From Patescibacteria group bacterium (lineage in GTDB: Bacteria; Patescibacteriota; Patescibacteriia; UBA2196; GWA2-42-15), in contig JAKLID010000001.1 in the NCBI GenBank assembly GCA_022709795.1, forward strand, positions 1 to 56,923: a stretch of DNA of 56,923 nucleotides. Direction: 5' to 3'. The notes below the pieces were generated by a model. The model was not told the origin of the DNA. It searched no databases and saw nothing but the letters and a program-made list of their open reading frames with translations. Below, piece after piece: positions 41,049-50,488 of the stretch. How positions within the stretch are numbered: the stretch's first letter is position 1; every line of letters begins with the position of its first letter. Both the position numbers and the translations under genes were made by a program.

Positions 41049-41612
41049 ATGGAAAATAAAAAGTTTCCAGGCGGGCGGGAGCTTTTGGATGCCCACGACC
41101 TACTGATCAACCAACTGGGTATAAACTACGGCGCCAAGGTGGCGGACCTTGGGTGCGGGACCACTGGCTATTTTGCTTTTCAGGCAGCGCAAACAGTGGG
41201 AGACACTGGGATGGTTTACGTGGTGGATATTCAGAAGGTGATTTTGAAAAATATTGATAACCGGGCCAAGATGCTCGGGTTTAACAATATTAGAACAGTC
41301 TGGTCTAATTTGGAAGAATACGGAGCGACAGATATTAATGATGCGACAATTGATTATGCTTGTTTGATCAATGTGCTTTTCCAGAATAAAAAACCGGAGA
41401 CGATTCTCCGGGAAGCGGCAAGGATGCTGCGCCGAGGCGGTAAATTACTCGTGATCGATTGGAAACAAGGTCGGTTTCCTTTCGGACCAGTGGCGGAGAT
41501 CAAGGTGACACCGGAGCGGACGAGAGAATTGGCAATGGGCGCCGGACTCAAAGAGATGAAAGAAATAACGGCCGGTAAATTTCATTACGGCATAATTTTT
41601 GAAAAAATATAA
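41049..41612 (+). CDS. Class I SAM-dependent methyltransferase
   Basis: Motif I VADLGCGTTGYFA, acidic motif II VYVVDIQ, and motif post-III LRRGGKLLVIDW. Confidence 0.8.
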   Translation: MENKKFPGGRELLDAHDLLINQLGINYGAKVADLGCGTTGYFAFQAAQTVGDTGMVYVVDIQKVILKNIDNRAKMLGFNNIRTVWSNLEEYGATDINDATIDYACLINVLFQNKKPETILREAARMLRRGGKLLVIDWKQGRFPFGPVAEIKVTPERTRELAMGAGLKEMKEITAGKFHYGIIFEKI

Positions 41613-41616
41613 TTTT

Positions 41617-42009
41617 ATGAGCAATTTATTGACTTTGAATTATTGGTTTAGTCTTAATCCGGAACCGTGGCTCCAGACCAGCTTCCGGCTGCTGCTCTCA
41701 GTTTTTGGCGGGATGATAATTCTCGGTTTGTTGGCCGGATTATTCGTGCGAAAAAATAAAGAAGACAATTTGAAAAGGAAGTTTTGGGATAAAGTGCAAA
41801 ATTTATTTTTGCTAATCGGTTTTTTGGGAGTGGTGTTAGTTTTTTCTAGGCAGCAAAGAATCGGATTTTTGGGCATGCCATTTCTATTATTGATCTTGGG
41901 CCTCTGGGCGCTATATTGGACTAGTAGGATCGTGCGATACGTGGTCAAAATAATACCGGAGAGACGAGAGGAACAAAAGAAAAAAGAAGAAAAGAAAAAA
42001 TATTTATAG
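41617..42009 (+). CDS. Small integral membrane protein with Lys/Glu-rich tail
   Basis: Three hydrophobic helices and a C-terminal EEQKKKEEKKKYL. The ATG at 41617 is preferred over the TTG at 41599. Confidence 0.55.
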   Translation: MSNLLTLNYWFSLNPEPWLQTSFRLLLSVFGGMIILGLLAGLFVRKNKEDNLKRKFWDKVQNLFLLIGFLGVVLVFSRQQRIGFLGMPFLLLILGLWALYWTSRIVRYVVKIIPERREEQKKKEEKKKYL

Positions 42010-42014
42010 CCGCT

Positions 42015-42380
42015 ATGAACACAAAAGAGAAAGGCAGGCTGGGAGAGAGATTGGCAGAAGATTATTTGCAAAAGAATAATTATAAAATAAGAGAGAAAAA
42101 TTATTATACACGCTGGGGGGAGATAGACATCGTGGCGGAAGACGAGGGAAGCGGGGAAGTAGTTTTTGTGGAAGTGAAGATGCGCAATTCAAATACCTGT
42201 GGTTATCCAGAAGAGGCGGTGGATGAAAGAAAAGTGGAAAAGATGGCGCTAGCAGCAGAAAATTATCTGGAGAAAAAAGAAGAACAGTGTGACTATCGCT
42301 TTGATTGCTTGGCGATTGTCGGTGATTTGGCCAGCCGCAAAGCAACCATAAAACATTATAAGAATATTGGTTTAAGTTGA
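42015..42380 (+). CDS. yraN: YraN-family (UPF0102) endonuclease-like protein
   Basis: KGRLGERLAEDYLQKNNYKIREKNY..RWGEIDIVAED...VVFVEVKMR. Confidence 0.85.
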   Translation: MNTKEKGRLGERLAEDYLQKNNYKIREKNYYTRWGEIDIVAEDEGSGEVVFVEVKMRNSNTCGYPEEAVDERKVEKMALAAENYLEKKEEQCDYRFDCLAIVGDLASRKATIKHYKNIGLS

Positions 42381-42383
42381 ATT

Positions 42384-42626
42384 ATGGAACAAATTGTTTT
42401 TGACAAAAAGCGACCGATCGCGTGCACAGTGGATAGATTTGAAGGCCAGCGGGCGGTTTTAAAATTGGAAGATGGCCAGTCTTTGGGTTGGCCGATTGAC
42501 AAACTGCCAGGTGGAGTGAGCGAGGGGTCGGAAGTCAAAATATTTTTGACGACAGCCAAAAACGAGGAAGAAGAGCGGGAGCGCACAGCTAAGGCGGTTT
42601 TGAATGAGTTGTTAAAAACAGAATAA
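42384..42626 (+). CDS. DUF3006-like small protein
   Basis: The VDRFEGQRAVLKLEDGQSLGWPIDKLPGGVSEGSEV pattern. Confidence 0.6.
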   Translation: MEQIVFDKKRPIACTVDRFEGQRAVLKLEDGQSLGWPIDKLPGGVSEGSEVKIFLTTAKNEEEERERTAKAVLNELLKTE

Positions 42627-42628
42627 TT

Positions 42629-44491
42629 ATGCTGAAAAAAATAATTGAAGCTGGCGAACTTGCTGGCAGTAAAATAATTACTAAATGGCTATTAGGAGTA
42701 GCCGTTTTTTTGATCGTGGCGATTGTTTTTGGCGGAGCAGTGGTGATTTATAATTATTATTACAACGGGCGGGTATATCCGGCAGTCAGGTTTGACGAGC
42801 TTGATTTGGGTGGCAAAACAAAAGAACAGGCGCGGAGCCTGATTCAGGCTAAAATTGACCAGTTGCTGGAGAAAGGCGTAGCTTTTAATTATAATGAACA
42901 AAGGGAAATAATAAAGCCAATAATTTATGGGTCAGACAGTGAGGGCCTGGCCTATGAGCTATGGAATTATGATTTGGACAAGATGGTAGATAATATATAC
43001 GCGGTGGGGAGGGGTGACGGAGGCTGGCTGGAAAGAATAGAGGGATTGTTTGGCCGGGTCAGAGTAGAGCCAGAATATAGAATAAAAGAAAAGGAAGTGG
43101 GTGAAATATTGAAAGAAAAATTTGGCCAACTGGAAGAACCAGGCGAAGAGGCTGAATTGGTTTTTGCAGCTGAGGGACCAATAGTAAGTGAAGAAAAAAT
43201 AGGCAGGGTTTTTGATTATGAACAAGCGTTGGCTGGCTTGAAAGAAAATATCTTCAAATTGGACAACCGCGAGATAAATTTGGTAATGGTGAATGATTTA
43301 CCCCAAGTAACCAAGGAGAAAGTAGAAAATTTATTAACCCTGGTAGAACCAGCAGTGGATTTGGCACCGATCACTTTGAAATTTAAAGAAGAAGCAGAGG
43401 GAAAAATTTTAACCGACAAGAAGTGGACAATAAAAAAGAGTGAGTGGCAGGCATGGTTGAAAGCCAAAGATAATGGTCAGGGCGAGGCCTATATCGGGAT
43501 TGATGAAACTAAAGCTAGTGAAAGACTAAAAGAGATTGCCGAGGGTATTGATCAGCCAGCCAAAGACGCCAGGTTTACCATGCAGGACGGGCGGGTGGTG
43601 GAATTCCAGTCATCGCAGGACGGGCGGGTGGTCAACATCGAGGAGACCATTCAAACAATAGAAATAAAAGTTTTGAGAGAAAAAAACAGCGAGGTCGATC
43701 TGATGATGACGATTGATAAATCCCAATTGACCAATGAGGGAGTGAATGATCTAGGGATTAAAGAATTGGTGGGCCAAGGGGAATCAAATTTTGCTGGTTC
43801 GCCCAAAAACAGAATACACAATATCGGAGTGGGAGCGGCGGCCTTGAATGGACTTTTGATCAAGCCGGGGGAAGAATTTTCTATAAATAAAGCCTTGGGA
43901 ACAATTGACGGTAGTACTGGATACAAGCAGGAGATGGTGATCAAGGGTGATAGGACGATTCCCGAGTATGGCGGCGGTTTGTGCCAAATCGGGACAACAT
44001 TATTCCGGTTGGCAATCAACACTGGTTTGCCAATCACGGAAAGGCGCAATCATTCTTACCGGGTCAGCTATTATGAACCAGCTGGCACAGACGCGACGAT
44101 CTATGGTCCATGGCCGGATTTGAAATTTATCAATGACACAGGTAATTATTTATTATTACAAACTAGAGTAGAAGGGACAAAAGCATATTTTGATTTTTGG
44201 GGGACAAGAGATGGGCGCGAGGTGGCGACGACGACGCCGACAATTTATAATATTGTGTCAGCCGGGGAAACAAAAATAATAGAAACGGAAGACCTGAAGC
44301 CGGGAGAAAAGAAATGCACGGAGCGAGCGCACAATGGCGCAGACGCGTATTTCAAGCGGACAATCATTTGGCCGGAAGGATTTAGTAAGGAAAAAGTGGA
44401 AGAAACTTTCCGGTCGCATTATGTACCGTGGCAGGCGGTGTGTCTCATTGGGAAAGTGGCGACGAGTACTAGTGAGGTGATAGGTGAGTAG
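42629..44491 (+). CDS. VanW-family protein with N-terminal membrane anchor
   Basis: TM helix LLGVAVFLIVAIVFGGAVVIY. C-terminal VanW core IPEYGGGLCQIGTTLFRLAINTGLPITERRNHSYRVSYY. Confidence 0.85.
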   Translation: MLKKIIEAGELAGSKIITKWLLGVAVFLIVAIVFGGAVVIYNYYYNGRVYPAVRFDELDLGGKTKEQARSLIQAKIDQLLEKGVAFNYNEQREIIKPIIYGSDSEGLAYELWNYDLDKMVDNIYAVGRGDGGWLERIEGLFGRVRVEPEYRIKEKEVGEILKEKFGQLEEPGEEAELVFAAEGPIVSEEKIGRVFDYEQALAGLKENIFKLDNREINLVMVNDLPQVTKEKVENLLTLVEPAVDLAPITLKFKEEAEGKILTDKKWTIKKSEWQAWLKAKDNGQGEAYIGIDETKASERLKEIAEGIDQPAKDARFTMQDGRVVEFQSSQDGRVVNIEETIQTIEIKVLREKNSEVDLMMTIDKSQLTNEGVNDLGIKELVGQGESNFAGSPKNRIHNIGVGAAALNGLLIKPGEEFSINKALGTIDGSTGYKQEMVIKGDRTIPEYGGGLCQIGTTLFRLAINTGLPITERRNHSYRVSYYEPAGTDATIYGPWPDLKFINDTGNYLLLQTRVEGTKAYFDFWGTRDGREVATTTPTIYNIVSAGETKIIETEDLKPGEKKCTERAHNGADAYFKRTIIWPEGFSKEKVEETFRSHYVPWQAVCLIGKVATSTSEVIGE

Positions 44492-44591
44492 GTAGGTAGG
44501 GTGGTAGGCTGGTAGGCGAGTAGGGGGGGTAGAATTTAAGAATTAAGATTTATGATTTAGGAATAGGAAAATTATTGGGATATTAAATATT

Positions 44592-44624
44592 AAAAAATAC
44601 TCTGTTGGGGCAGAGTATTTTTTA
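44592..44624. terminator. Bidirectional intrinsic terminator
   Basis: AAAAAATACTCTG-TTGGGG-CAGAGTATTTTTT between the convergent VanW and kinase-like genes. Confidence 0.65.
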
Positions 44625-44629
44625 ATATT

Positions 44630-45133
44630 TTATTGTTTTTGCTGTGGCAGATGAGAAAGAATAATTTTTAGCGTATCGTCTAGGCTGCCAGTGGCGTCAA
44701 TATTGATACCGTAATTAAAGGCGGAAACGAGCGAGTGGACAGCTTTGGCCGCGGCTGGGCCGTAAGATTTGGCGCGCTGGTTGTCTCTTCGAATGCATAA
44801 TTCCAGTGGTGCTTTGAGGGTAAAAATATAATGTTTAAAGGGTAAATTTTTGACAAGGTGATCAATTACTTCTCGATGATAGAAGCAGGCGTCAAAAATA
44901 ACAGTCTGGCCGGAAGCCAGTAATTTTTGTGCTTCTGGTAAAATTAGTTCATTGGCTTGGATAAAGTTTCCCGCAGGAATGCATGGTGCATCAGGTGGGA
45001 TTTGGTCTAGTCCGTGTTGTTCCAAAATTTCATCCATACCAAAATAATGAGCGTCTAATAATGATGCAAGTTTTTTGGCAAGAGTTGTTTTGCCGCTAGC
45101 GAGCGGGCCGCGGAGGAGGATAGGATAAGACAT
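44630..45133 (-). CDS. P-loop kinase-like ATPase (AAA_33 / zeta-toxin-like fold)
   Basis: Walker A LLRGPLASGKTTLAKKLA. Small size, and the RRDNQR motif is typical of small-molecule/nucleotide kinases. Confidence 0.65.
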   Translation of the reverse strand: MSYPILLRGPLASGKTTLAKKLASLLDAHYFGMDEILEQHGLDQIPPDAPCIPAGNFIQANELILPEAQKLLASGQTVIFDACFYHREVIDHLVKNLPFKHYIFTLKAPLELCIRRDNQRAKSYGPAAAKAVHSLVSAFNYGINIDATGSLDDTLKIILSHLPQQKQ

Positions 45134-45168
45134 GGCTGGAGAGAGAATTATTTTTTAGTTCAATCGAA

Positions 45169-45184
45169 GGACGATTGAACCAAC
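45169..45184 (+). repeat. 16-nt direct repeat GGACGATTGAACCAAC, copy 1
   Basis: Identical to 45695-45710. It forms the 3' arm of the perfect hairpin GTTCAATCG-AAGGA-CGATTGAAC (45158-45180). Confidence 0.8.
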
Positions 45185-45185
45185 A

Positions 45186-45602
45186 TTAATTATCTCGGGC
45201 GGTAAGATGTATTAGTTCTGGCGGGATTTTCCGAACACGGATTCTGGTTTCTTTATTTAAAAACATTTTGACAAGCCGATGCAGGCCATCCAGGGCCAGC
45301 CACTCACCTTTTTTATTTTTCATTATATCAATCGGGTAGGAAGTATCGGCGTTTTTAATTTTATCCCTATGTGCTGGATAGTGATCCGGATTATTTATGA
45401 CTTCATTGGGGGCAATGATGATATTACCGTTTTCATCTTCCCAAAAAGGGATGTCAAAAATCCAGAGCAGCTCGTCAATGTCTATCTCTTCTACTGGAAC
45501 TTCTAGCGCCCATAACTTTTTATTATCACGCCAAAAGGGAAGATCAAAAGAATGCTCTTCGTGTCTGGGATCAACATATATTTCTTTTTTAGGAGTCTTC
45601 AT
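45186..45602 (-). CDS. Small ParB/sulfiredoxin-fold-like protein (DGLHR motif)
   Basis: PIDIMKNKKGEWLALDGLHRLVKMFL resembles the ParB N-domain DGxHR motif. The ATG at 45602 is preferred over the upstream start. Confidence 0.5.
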   Translation of the reverse strand: MKTPKKEIYVDPRHEEHSFDLPFWRDNKKLWALEVPVEEIDIDELLWIFDIPFWEDENGNIIIAPNEVINNPDHYPAHRDKIKNADTSYPIDIMKNKKGEWLALDGLHRLVKMFLNKETRIRVRKIPPELIHLTARDN

Positions 45603-45694
45603 GGGGGTTTTGTAAATATAGGAAATAGCGTGTATTAATTCTACCAAAATTAACCAATAATTTAAAACCCCACTCTTCACGAAGGGCGGGGCAG

Positions 45695-45710
45695 GGACGA
45701 TTGAACCAAC
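45695..45710 (+). repeat. 16-nt direct repeat GGACGATTGAACCAAC, copy 2
   Basis: Identical to 45169-45184. The two copies bracket the ParB-like ORF. Confidence 0.8.
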
Positions 45711-45720
45711 GGAGGAGGAT

Positions 45721-46650
45721 TTATTTATTAAAAAAGTATTCTGTCAAAACGAAGATCAGCCAGAAGAGGAACAAAACAAAGCTTTCTTTTTTGGAGATAG
45801 TTTTTTCGGTGTGCATGAAATAGGAAAGGATGAAGGTCGCCAAGAGCATAAAGACACCAGTAATATAAATAATTCTTGGTGGGAAGACAAAAGGATTAAT
45901 CAGGGTGATAAGGCCAACCACGATAGTGGCATCAGCCAAAACCGTTCCCAAAATGTCGCCGACAGCTAGAGCGTCATTGTGTTTTTTGATTGACCGTAGG
46001 GAAAAAAGCAGCTCTGGCATGGTCGTGCCGATGCCAACAATTAACATACCAATGAGAATCGGGTCAACACCCAAATCATGGGCTAGGCTCGTGGCCGAGG
46101 TCACCGTGAAATGCGAACCGACAAGCAGGACAACCATGCTGAAAATTAGGAGTAAAAAATTTTTATAGTGGCTATTTTTGTTATGGGAGATGGATGATTC
46201 TCTGGCTCCATTTTTAAAAGCAAAATAATAAAATATAAGGCCACTAATAATAAGAGCTATTCCTTCTAGACGTGAATAGTAGCCATCAAGGCCGAGGATC
46301 AGAGGAAGGAGAAACAAAAAAGGATAAATGACATTGTTTTTCAGAATTTTACTTTCAATTTTGATATTTCTGCCAGACAGGGCGATAATGATGACAAAAA
46401 CCAAGGTCAGATCGGCAACGTTGGAGCCAAAAAGGGTGCCCAAGCCAAATGACGGGATACCTTCAAGTGAGGAATTGATAGAGATAAATGTTTCTGGCAA
46501 GATGGAGATTATGGCTACAATAATAAAGCCGATGGTGTATTTGGATAGTTTAAAATCAGCTGCCAGGCGGGCGGCATACTCAGTGGCCCAGACGGCACTT
46601 TTAATTACTAGATAGAGTGAGGCGGCTAAGATAATTAAATTTAAAAGCAT
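45721..46650 (-). CDS. CaCA-family sodium/calcium exchanger membrane protein (YrbG-like)
   Basis: Two alpha-repeats: LGTLFGSNVADLTLV and GDILGTVLADATIVVGL. About 10 TM helices. The ATG at 46650 is preferred. Confidence 0.85.
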   Translation of the reverse strand: MLLNLIILAASLYLVIKSAVWATEYAARLAADFKLSKYTIGFIIVAIISILPETFISINSSLEGIPSFGLGTLFGSNVADLTLVFVIIIALSGRNIKIESKILKNNVIYPFLFLLPLILGLDGYYSRLEGIALIISGLIFYYFAFKNGARESSISHNKNSHYKNFLLLIFSMVVLLVGSHFTVTSATSLAHDLGVDPILIGMLIVGIGTTMPELLFSLRSIKKHNDALAVGDILGTVLADATIVVGLITLINPFVFPPRIIYITGVFMLLATFILSYFMHTEKTISKKESFVLFLFWLIFVLTEYFFNK

Positions 46651-46703
46651 AGGATTTTTGATAATTAGAGTCTTCTTTAATTTTATCAGAAATAACTGGA
46701 AAA

Positions 46704-46870
46704 ACAAAAAACACCCCTCATTTGCGGGGTGTCTTGGAAAATCACTAATTACTCCAAGAGAAGAAAATCCTTATAAGGAAAATTCGAGTCGAAACCAGAA
46801 TTACCCTTAAAAGAGATCCCCATGCTCGTCGTCTCTTGGAGAAATCAAGGATTAGTTTATTTTTAAACGT
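46704..46870 (-). ncRNA. Structured 5' leader / riboswitch-like RNA ending in an intrinsic terminator, upstream of the CaCA exchanger
   Basis: On the minus strand, a closing helix CTCCAAGAGA...TCTCTTGGAG encloses internal hairpins. It is followed by the terminator ACACCCCGCAAATGAGGGGTGTTTTTT, which ends about 53 nt before the exchanger ATG. Confidence 0.45.
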
Positions 46871-46876
46871 CTAGCC

Positions 46877-46905
46877 ATCATATCATAAGTGCTCTGGCTT
46901 GTCAA
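46877..46905 (-). promoter_or_regulatory. Near-consensus sigma70-type promoter for the leader RNA
   Basis: On the minus strand, TTGACA (46905-46900), a 17-nt spacer, then TATGAT (46882-46877). Confidence 0.55.
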
Positions 46906-46953
46906 GGCGGGATTATTCTGATAGAGTAGATTTATAGATAATTAAAGAAATAT

Positions 46954-48354
46954 ATGGAAAATAAGAGAAAAAATAAGGGGGAAGGATTGCTTTTAAAAAG
47001 CGAGCTTTTTTGGGATACAGCCAGTCAAAAAGAGCAAAGAGAAGCGGAAAAATTGGCGGAAGAATACAAGGATTTTTTGGACGTGGCTAGGACAGAAAAA
47101 CAAACTATCAGGCGGGCGAGTGAATTGGCGAGAAAAAGCGGTTTTGTGGAGATTAACTTGGATGAAAAACTACCCAAGGGCAAGACGAGAATGATTTTTG
47201 TCAATCGTGGCAAGAGCGCGATCATGGTGGAGATTGGCAAGAAAGGATTGGAAGTAGGAGCAAGTTTTTTGATTGCACATGTGGATTCACCGAGGATGGA
47301 TCTGAAAGTCAAGCCGCTTTATGAAGACGGGGGAATCGCTTATCTCAAGCCGAATTATTATGGGGGAATCAAAAAATATCATTGGCCGGTGACGCCTTTG
47401 GCGATGCAGGGCACGGTGGTTTTGAAAAATGGGCAGGAGATAGAAATCAATATTGGGCTCAAGGAGAATGATCCGGTATTTGTAATTTCTGATTTATTGC
47501 CGCATTTGGATAATGAAAGAATGGATAAGCCCTTGGGTAAAGCGATTGACGCGGAGGAATTAAATATTATTGTCGGAACGCGGCCAGTGGCTGACAAAAA
47601 AGTGAAAGACCGGGTGAAGATGGCGGTGTTGGAGTGGTTGAATAAGAATTATAAAATTAGTGAAGAAGAATTATTTACGGCGGACATCAGATTTGTGCCG
47701 GCCTATAAACCCAAAGATGTGGGTTTTGACCGAGGACTTATTGCGAGTTATGGCCAGGATGATCGAGTGTGCGTATTTGCAGCACTGAAAGCTTTTTTGG
47801 AAGCAAAAAATAAGCGGCCAAGTATTTTATACCTGGTAGATAAAGAGGAAATTGGTAGTATTGGCTCAACCGGGGCGGAGTCTCTATTTTTGGAAAATGT
47901 TGTTAGTTACCTAACTAGAGAATCGAAAGTGGAGATTGATGTTTATGATTTTTATAGAAAATCAAAAGGCGTTTCCGCTGATGTGACCGCGGCTTATGAT
48001 CCGGATTACAAGCAGGCTTATGATATTAATAATGTGGCGCAGCTGGGGCATGGGGTGGTGATAGAAAAGTATTTGGGCCACCGTGGAAAATCTTATACGA
48101 TGGAAGCAGAACCATTTTTTATCAGAGAAATTATCAATCTATTTAATAAGAATAAAGTAGCTTGGCAGACTGGACACTTGGGCAAGGCGGATGCTGGCGG
48201 AGGCGGATCAATCGCTGGATATTTGGCTAACCGTAATATGGAAGTAGTAGATATGGGAGTGGCTTTACTCAACATGCATGCGCCGTGTGAACTTTCGAGT
48301 AAGGCGGACATTTTTTCCGCGTATAAAGGGTATAGGGTGTTTTTGGAAAATTAG
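46954..48354 (+). CDS. M18-family aminopeptidase (aminopeptidase 1 type)
   Basis: IAHVDSPRMDLKVKPLYEDGGIAYLKPNYYGGIKKYHW, YGQDDRVCVFA, EEIGSIGSTGA, LNMHAPCE. Confidence 0.85.
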   Translation: MENKRKNKGEGLLLKSELFWDTASQKEQREAEKLAEEYKDFLDVARTEKQTIRRASELARKSGFVEINLDEKLPKGKTRMIFVNRGKSAIMVEIGKKGLEVGASFLIAHVDSPRMDLKVKPLYEDGGIAYLKPNYYGGIKKYHWPVTPLAMQGTVVLKNGQEIEINIGLKENDPVFVISDLLPHLDNERMDKPLGKAIDAEELNIIVGTRPVADKKVKDRVKMAVLEWLNKNYKISEEELFTADIRFVPAYKPKDVGFDRGLIASYGQDDRVCVFAALKAFLEAKNKRPSILYLVDKEEIGSIGSTGAESLFLENVVSYLTRESKVEIDVYDFYRKSKGVSADVTAAYDPDYKQAYDINNVAQLGHGVVIEKYLGHRGKSYTMEAEPFFIREIINLFNKNKVAWQTGHLGKADAGGGGSIAGYLANRNMEVVDMGVALLNMHAPCELSSKADIFSAYKGYRVFLEN

Positions 48355-48452
48355 ATTATTTTTAAAAAATAATAAAGCGGGTAATAAGGTTTGGGACATT
48401 TACCAACACCTCCCCCTACCCCCTCCTCAACTGAGGAGGGGAGAAAGACATT

Positions 48453-49469
48453 ATGTCAGAAGAAAGGGTGATAACCCCAGAAGAAAAAGAAGAGGATCAG
48501 GGTTTTGATTTGACACTTCGGCCGCAAAGCTTGGATGAATTTATCGGGCAGGGACAAATCAAAGCCAATCTGAAAATTTTTATTGAAGCGGCTCGGCAGC
48601 GAGGCGAGGCTTTGGAGCACGTCTTGTTTTATGGCGCGCCAGGACTCGGCAAAACGACGTTGTCACACATTATTGCCAAAGAGATGGGGGTAAATATCAA
48701 AGTGACTTCAGGGCCGGCAATAGAAAAAGCCGGGGACTTGGCAGCAATTTTGACCAATTTAGATAAAGGCGACGTGCTGTTTATTGACGAGATCCACCGG
48801 ATGAATCGGAATATTGAAGAGATTCTTTATCCGGCGATGGAAGATTATGCCCTAGATATTATTATTGGCAAGGGGCCGTCAGCCAGAACTTTGAAACTGG
48901 AATTACCACAATTCACCTTGGTGGGGGCGACAACCAGACTGAGTATGTTGTCCTCGCCTTTGCGTGATCGCTTTGGTAATATTTTCAGAATTGATTTTTA
49001 TAAACCAGAAGAAATACACGAGGTGGTCAAGCGGTCGGCCAAGATATTGAAAGTGAAGGTGGACGAGGCGGCGGCGGAAGAGATCGCCAAGCGTTCACGT
49101 TGGACACCGCGGATTGCCAATCGGATTTTAAAGAGAGTCAGAGATTTCAGCCAGGTAAAAGGCAAGGATGAAATAAATAAAGAGGAATGCGGGGCGGCCT
49201 TGGAGCTGCTCAATATTGATGAATTGGGTTTGGACGAGATTGACCGTCGAGTATTGAAAGTTATTATTGAAAAGTACAATGGCGGGCCAGTAGGACTCGG
49301 GACAATCGCGGCGGCGACCAATGAAGAAGTGGATACGATTGAAGAAATTTATGAACCGTTTTTACTACAACAGGGATTTTTGATGAGGACACCCAGGGGT
49401 CGAGCAGCGACCAAAAGCGCTTATGAGCATCTGGGATATCCGGTGCCAGAGGAAAATAGGTTATTCTAA
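48453..49469 (+). CDS. ruvB: Holliday junction branch-migration helicase RuvB
   Basis: [12 protein letters not shown], Walker [14 protein letters not shown], Walker [29 protein letters not shown]. Confidence 0.97.
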   Translation: MSEERVITPEEKEEDQGFDLTLRPQSLDEFIGQGQIKANLKIFIEAARQRGEALEHVLFYGAPGLGKTTLSHIIAKEMGVNIKVTSGPAIEKAGDLAAILTNLDKGDVLFIDEIHRMNRNIEEILYPAMEDYALDIIIGKGPSARTLKLELPQFTLVGATTRLSMLSSPLRDRFGNIFRIDFYKPEEIHEVVKRSAKILKVKVDEAAAEEIAKRSRWTPRIANRILKRVRDFSQVKGKDEINKEECGAALELLNIDELGLDEIDRRVLKVIIEKYNGGPVGLGTIAAATNEEVDTIEEIYEPFLLQQGFLMRTPRGRAATKSAYEHLGYPVPEENRLF

Positions 49470-49519
49470 TTGCCTACAAATTACGAATTAAGTACAAATA
49501 TACAAATAAGGACAAGGAG

Positions 49520-49744
49520 ATGGAGATACCGATATTTATTTTTTTAATATTATTTCTTTTGCTAGCGGCGTGTTTTGCGCTGTTTTCTTTATTTCTATTG
49601 TATCACGCGGTCAAATTTGGAGTGGCGAGTTGGGCCAATATTTTGAGTTTGATGGTTTATATCGCGGTGGCTATTTTGATTTTGATGGGCGCCTATACTT
49701 ATATTGCTGCTGTCGATTGGAGTCAGACGATAAAGATTTTATAG
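49520..49744 (+). CDS. Small hypothetical two-helix membrane protein
   Basis: A 74-aa ORF with two hydrophobic helices and a GGAG 5-8 nt upstream of the ATG. Confidence 0.45.
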   Translation: MEIPIFIFLILFLLLAACFALFSLFLLYHAVKFGVASWANILSLMVYIAVAILILMGAYTYIAAVDWSQTIKIL

Positions 49745-49848
49745 AAATTAGCTACTTTATCCTGACCCCGCCCTTCGCGAGCGGCGGGAGAGCCGAGGGA
49801 ACCCGTCTAGATTAGAATAAATTATAATTAAAGTAATTACGTTGTGGC

Positions 49849-49894
49849 ACGGGATCCCTCCCCTGCAGAGCTCAGTGCGGGGATCGGGATAAAC
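49849..49894 (+). repeat. Dispersed motif ACGGGATCCCTC-N-CGGGATAAA, copy 3, ending 15 nt upstream of the next ATG
   Basis: ACGGGATCCCTCCCCTGCAGAGCTCAGTGCGGGGATCGGGATAAAC. The variable spacer forms its own hairpin CCCCTGCA..TGCGGGG. Confidence 0.6.
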
Positions 49895-49909
49895 TAATAA
49901 CAATAACGT

Positions 49910-50488
49910 ATGCTTAGTTTAAAATATTTACCACACAAAGAACCAGATGAGAAAGTGATTTTTGCCTTGCACCGGCATGGTTTTATTTTGTTTGCGATTG
50001 CGCTGGGATTTTTGTTGGCGGCACTTTTGCCATTAGGCGCTTATTTTTTGATTGAAGCAGAACTCTTGCCACTGTTTGGGAGTGATATTCTGACTATTTT
50101 TTTGCGATTGCTGATTTTTGTTTTTTATTTGTTTTGGTGGATGTTGTTTTATTACGCCTTCCTTGATTATTATCTAGATATCTGGATCGTGACAAACTAT
50201 CGGGTGATCGGCGTGGAACAAAAGGGATTATTCAATAGAAAGGTGTCGGAATATAAATTATTTAGGATACAAGACGTGATGATGGAACAAAAAGGAATAT
50301 TTTCTACGGTAGTTGATTTTGGGACAGTACACGTGCAAACGGCCGGGGAGCAGGAAACAGTTGATTTTCAACAAGTGCCCAACCCACATTATGTAGCTAG
50401 AGAGTTGATTCGCTTGATAGAATTTAATAAACAAAGATTGGCCAAGGAAGTCAATAAAAAAGATGGCAATGAAGATAAAACTATTTGA
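49910..50488 (+). CDS. Membrane protein with bacterial PH (YdbS/YdbT-like) domain
   Basis: Two N-terminal TM helices followed by DIWIVTNYRVIGVEQKGLFNRKVSEYKLFRIQDV...FGTVHVQTAG. Confidence 0.65.
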   Translation: MLSLKYLPHKEPDEKVIFALHRHGFILFAIALGFLLAALLPLGAYFLIEAELLPLFGSDILTIFLRLLIFVFYLFWWMLFYYAFLDYYLDIWIVTNYRVIGVEQKGLFNRKVSEYKLFRIQDVMMEQKGIFSTVVDFGTVHVQTAGEQETVDFQQVPNPHYVARELIRLIEFNKQRLAKEVNKKDGNEDKTI

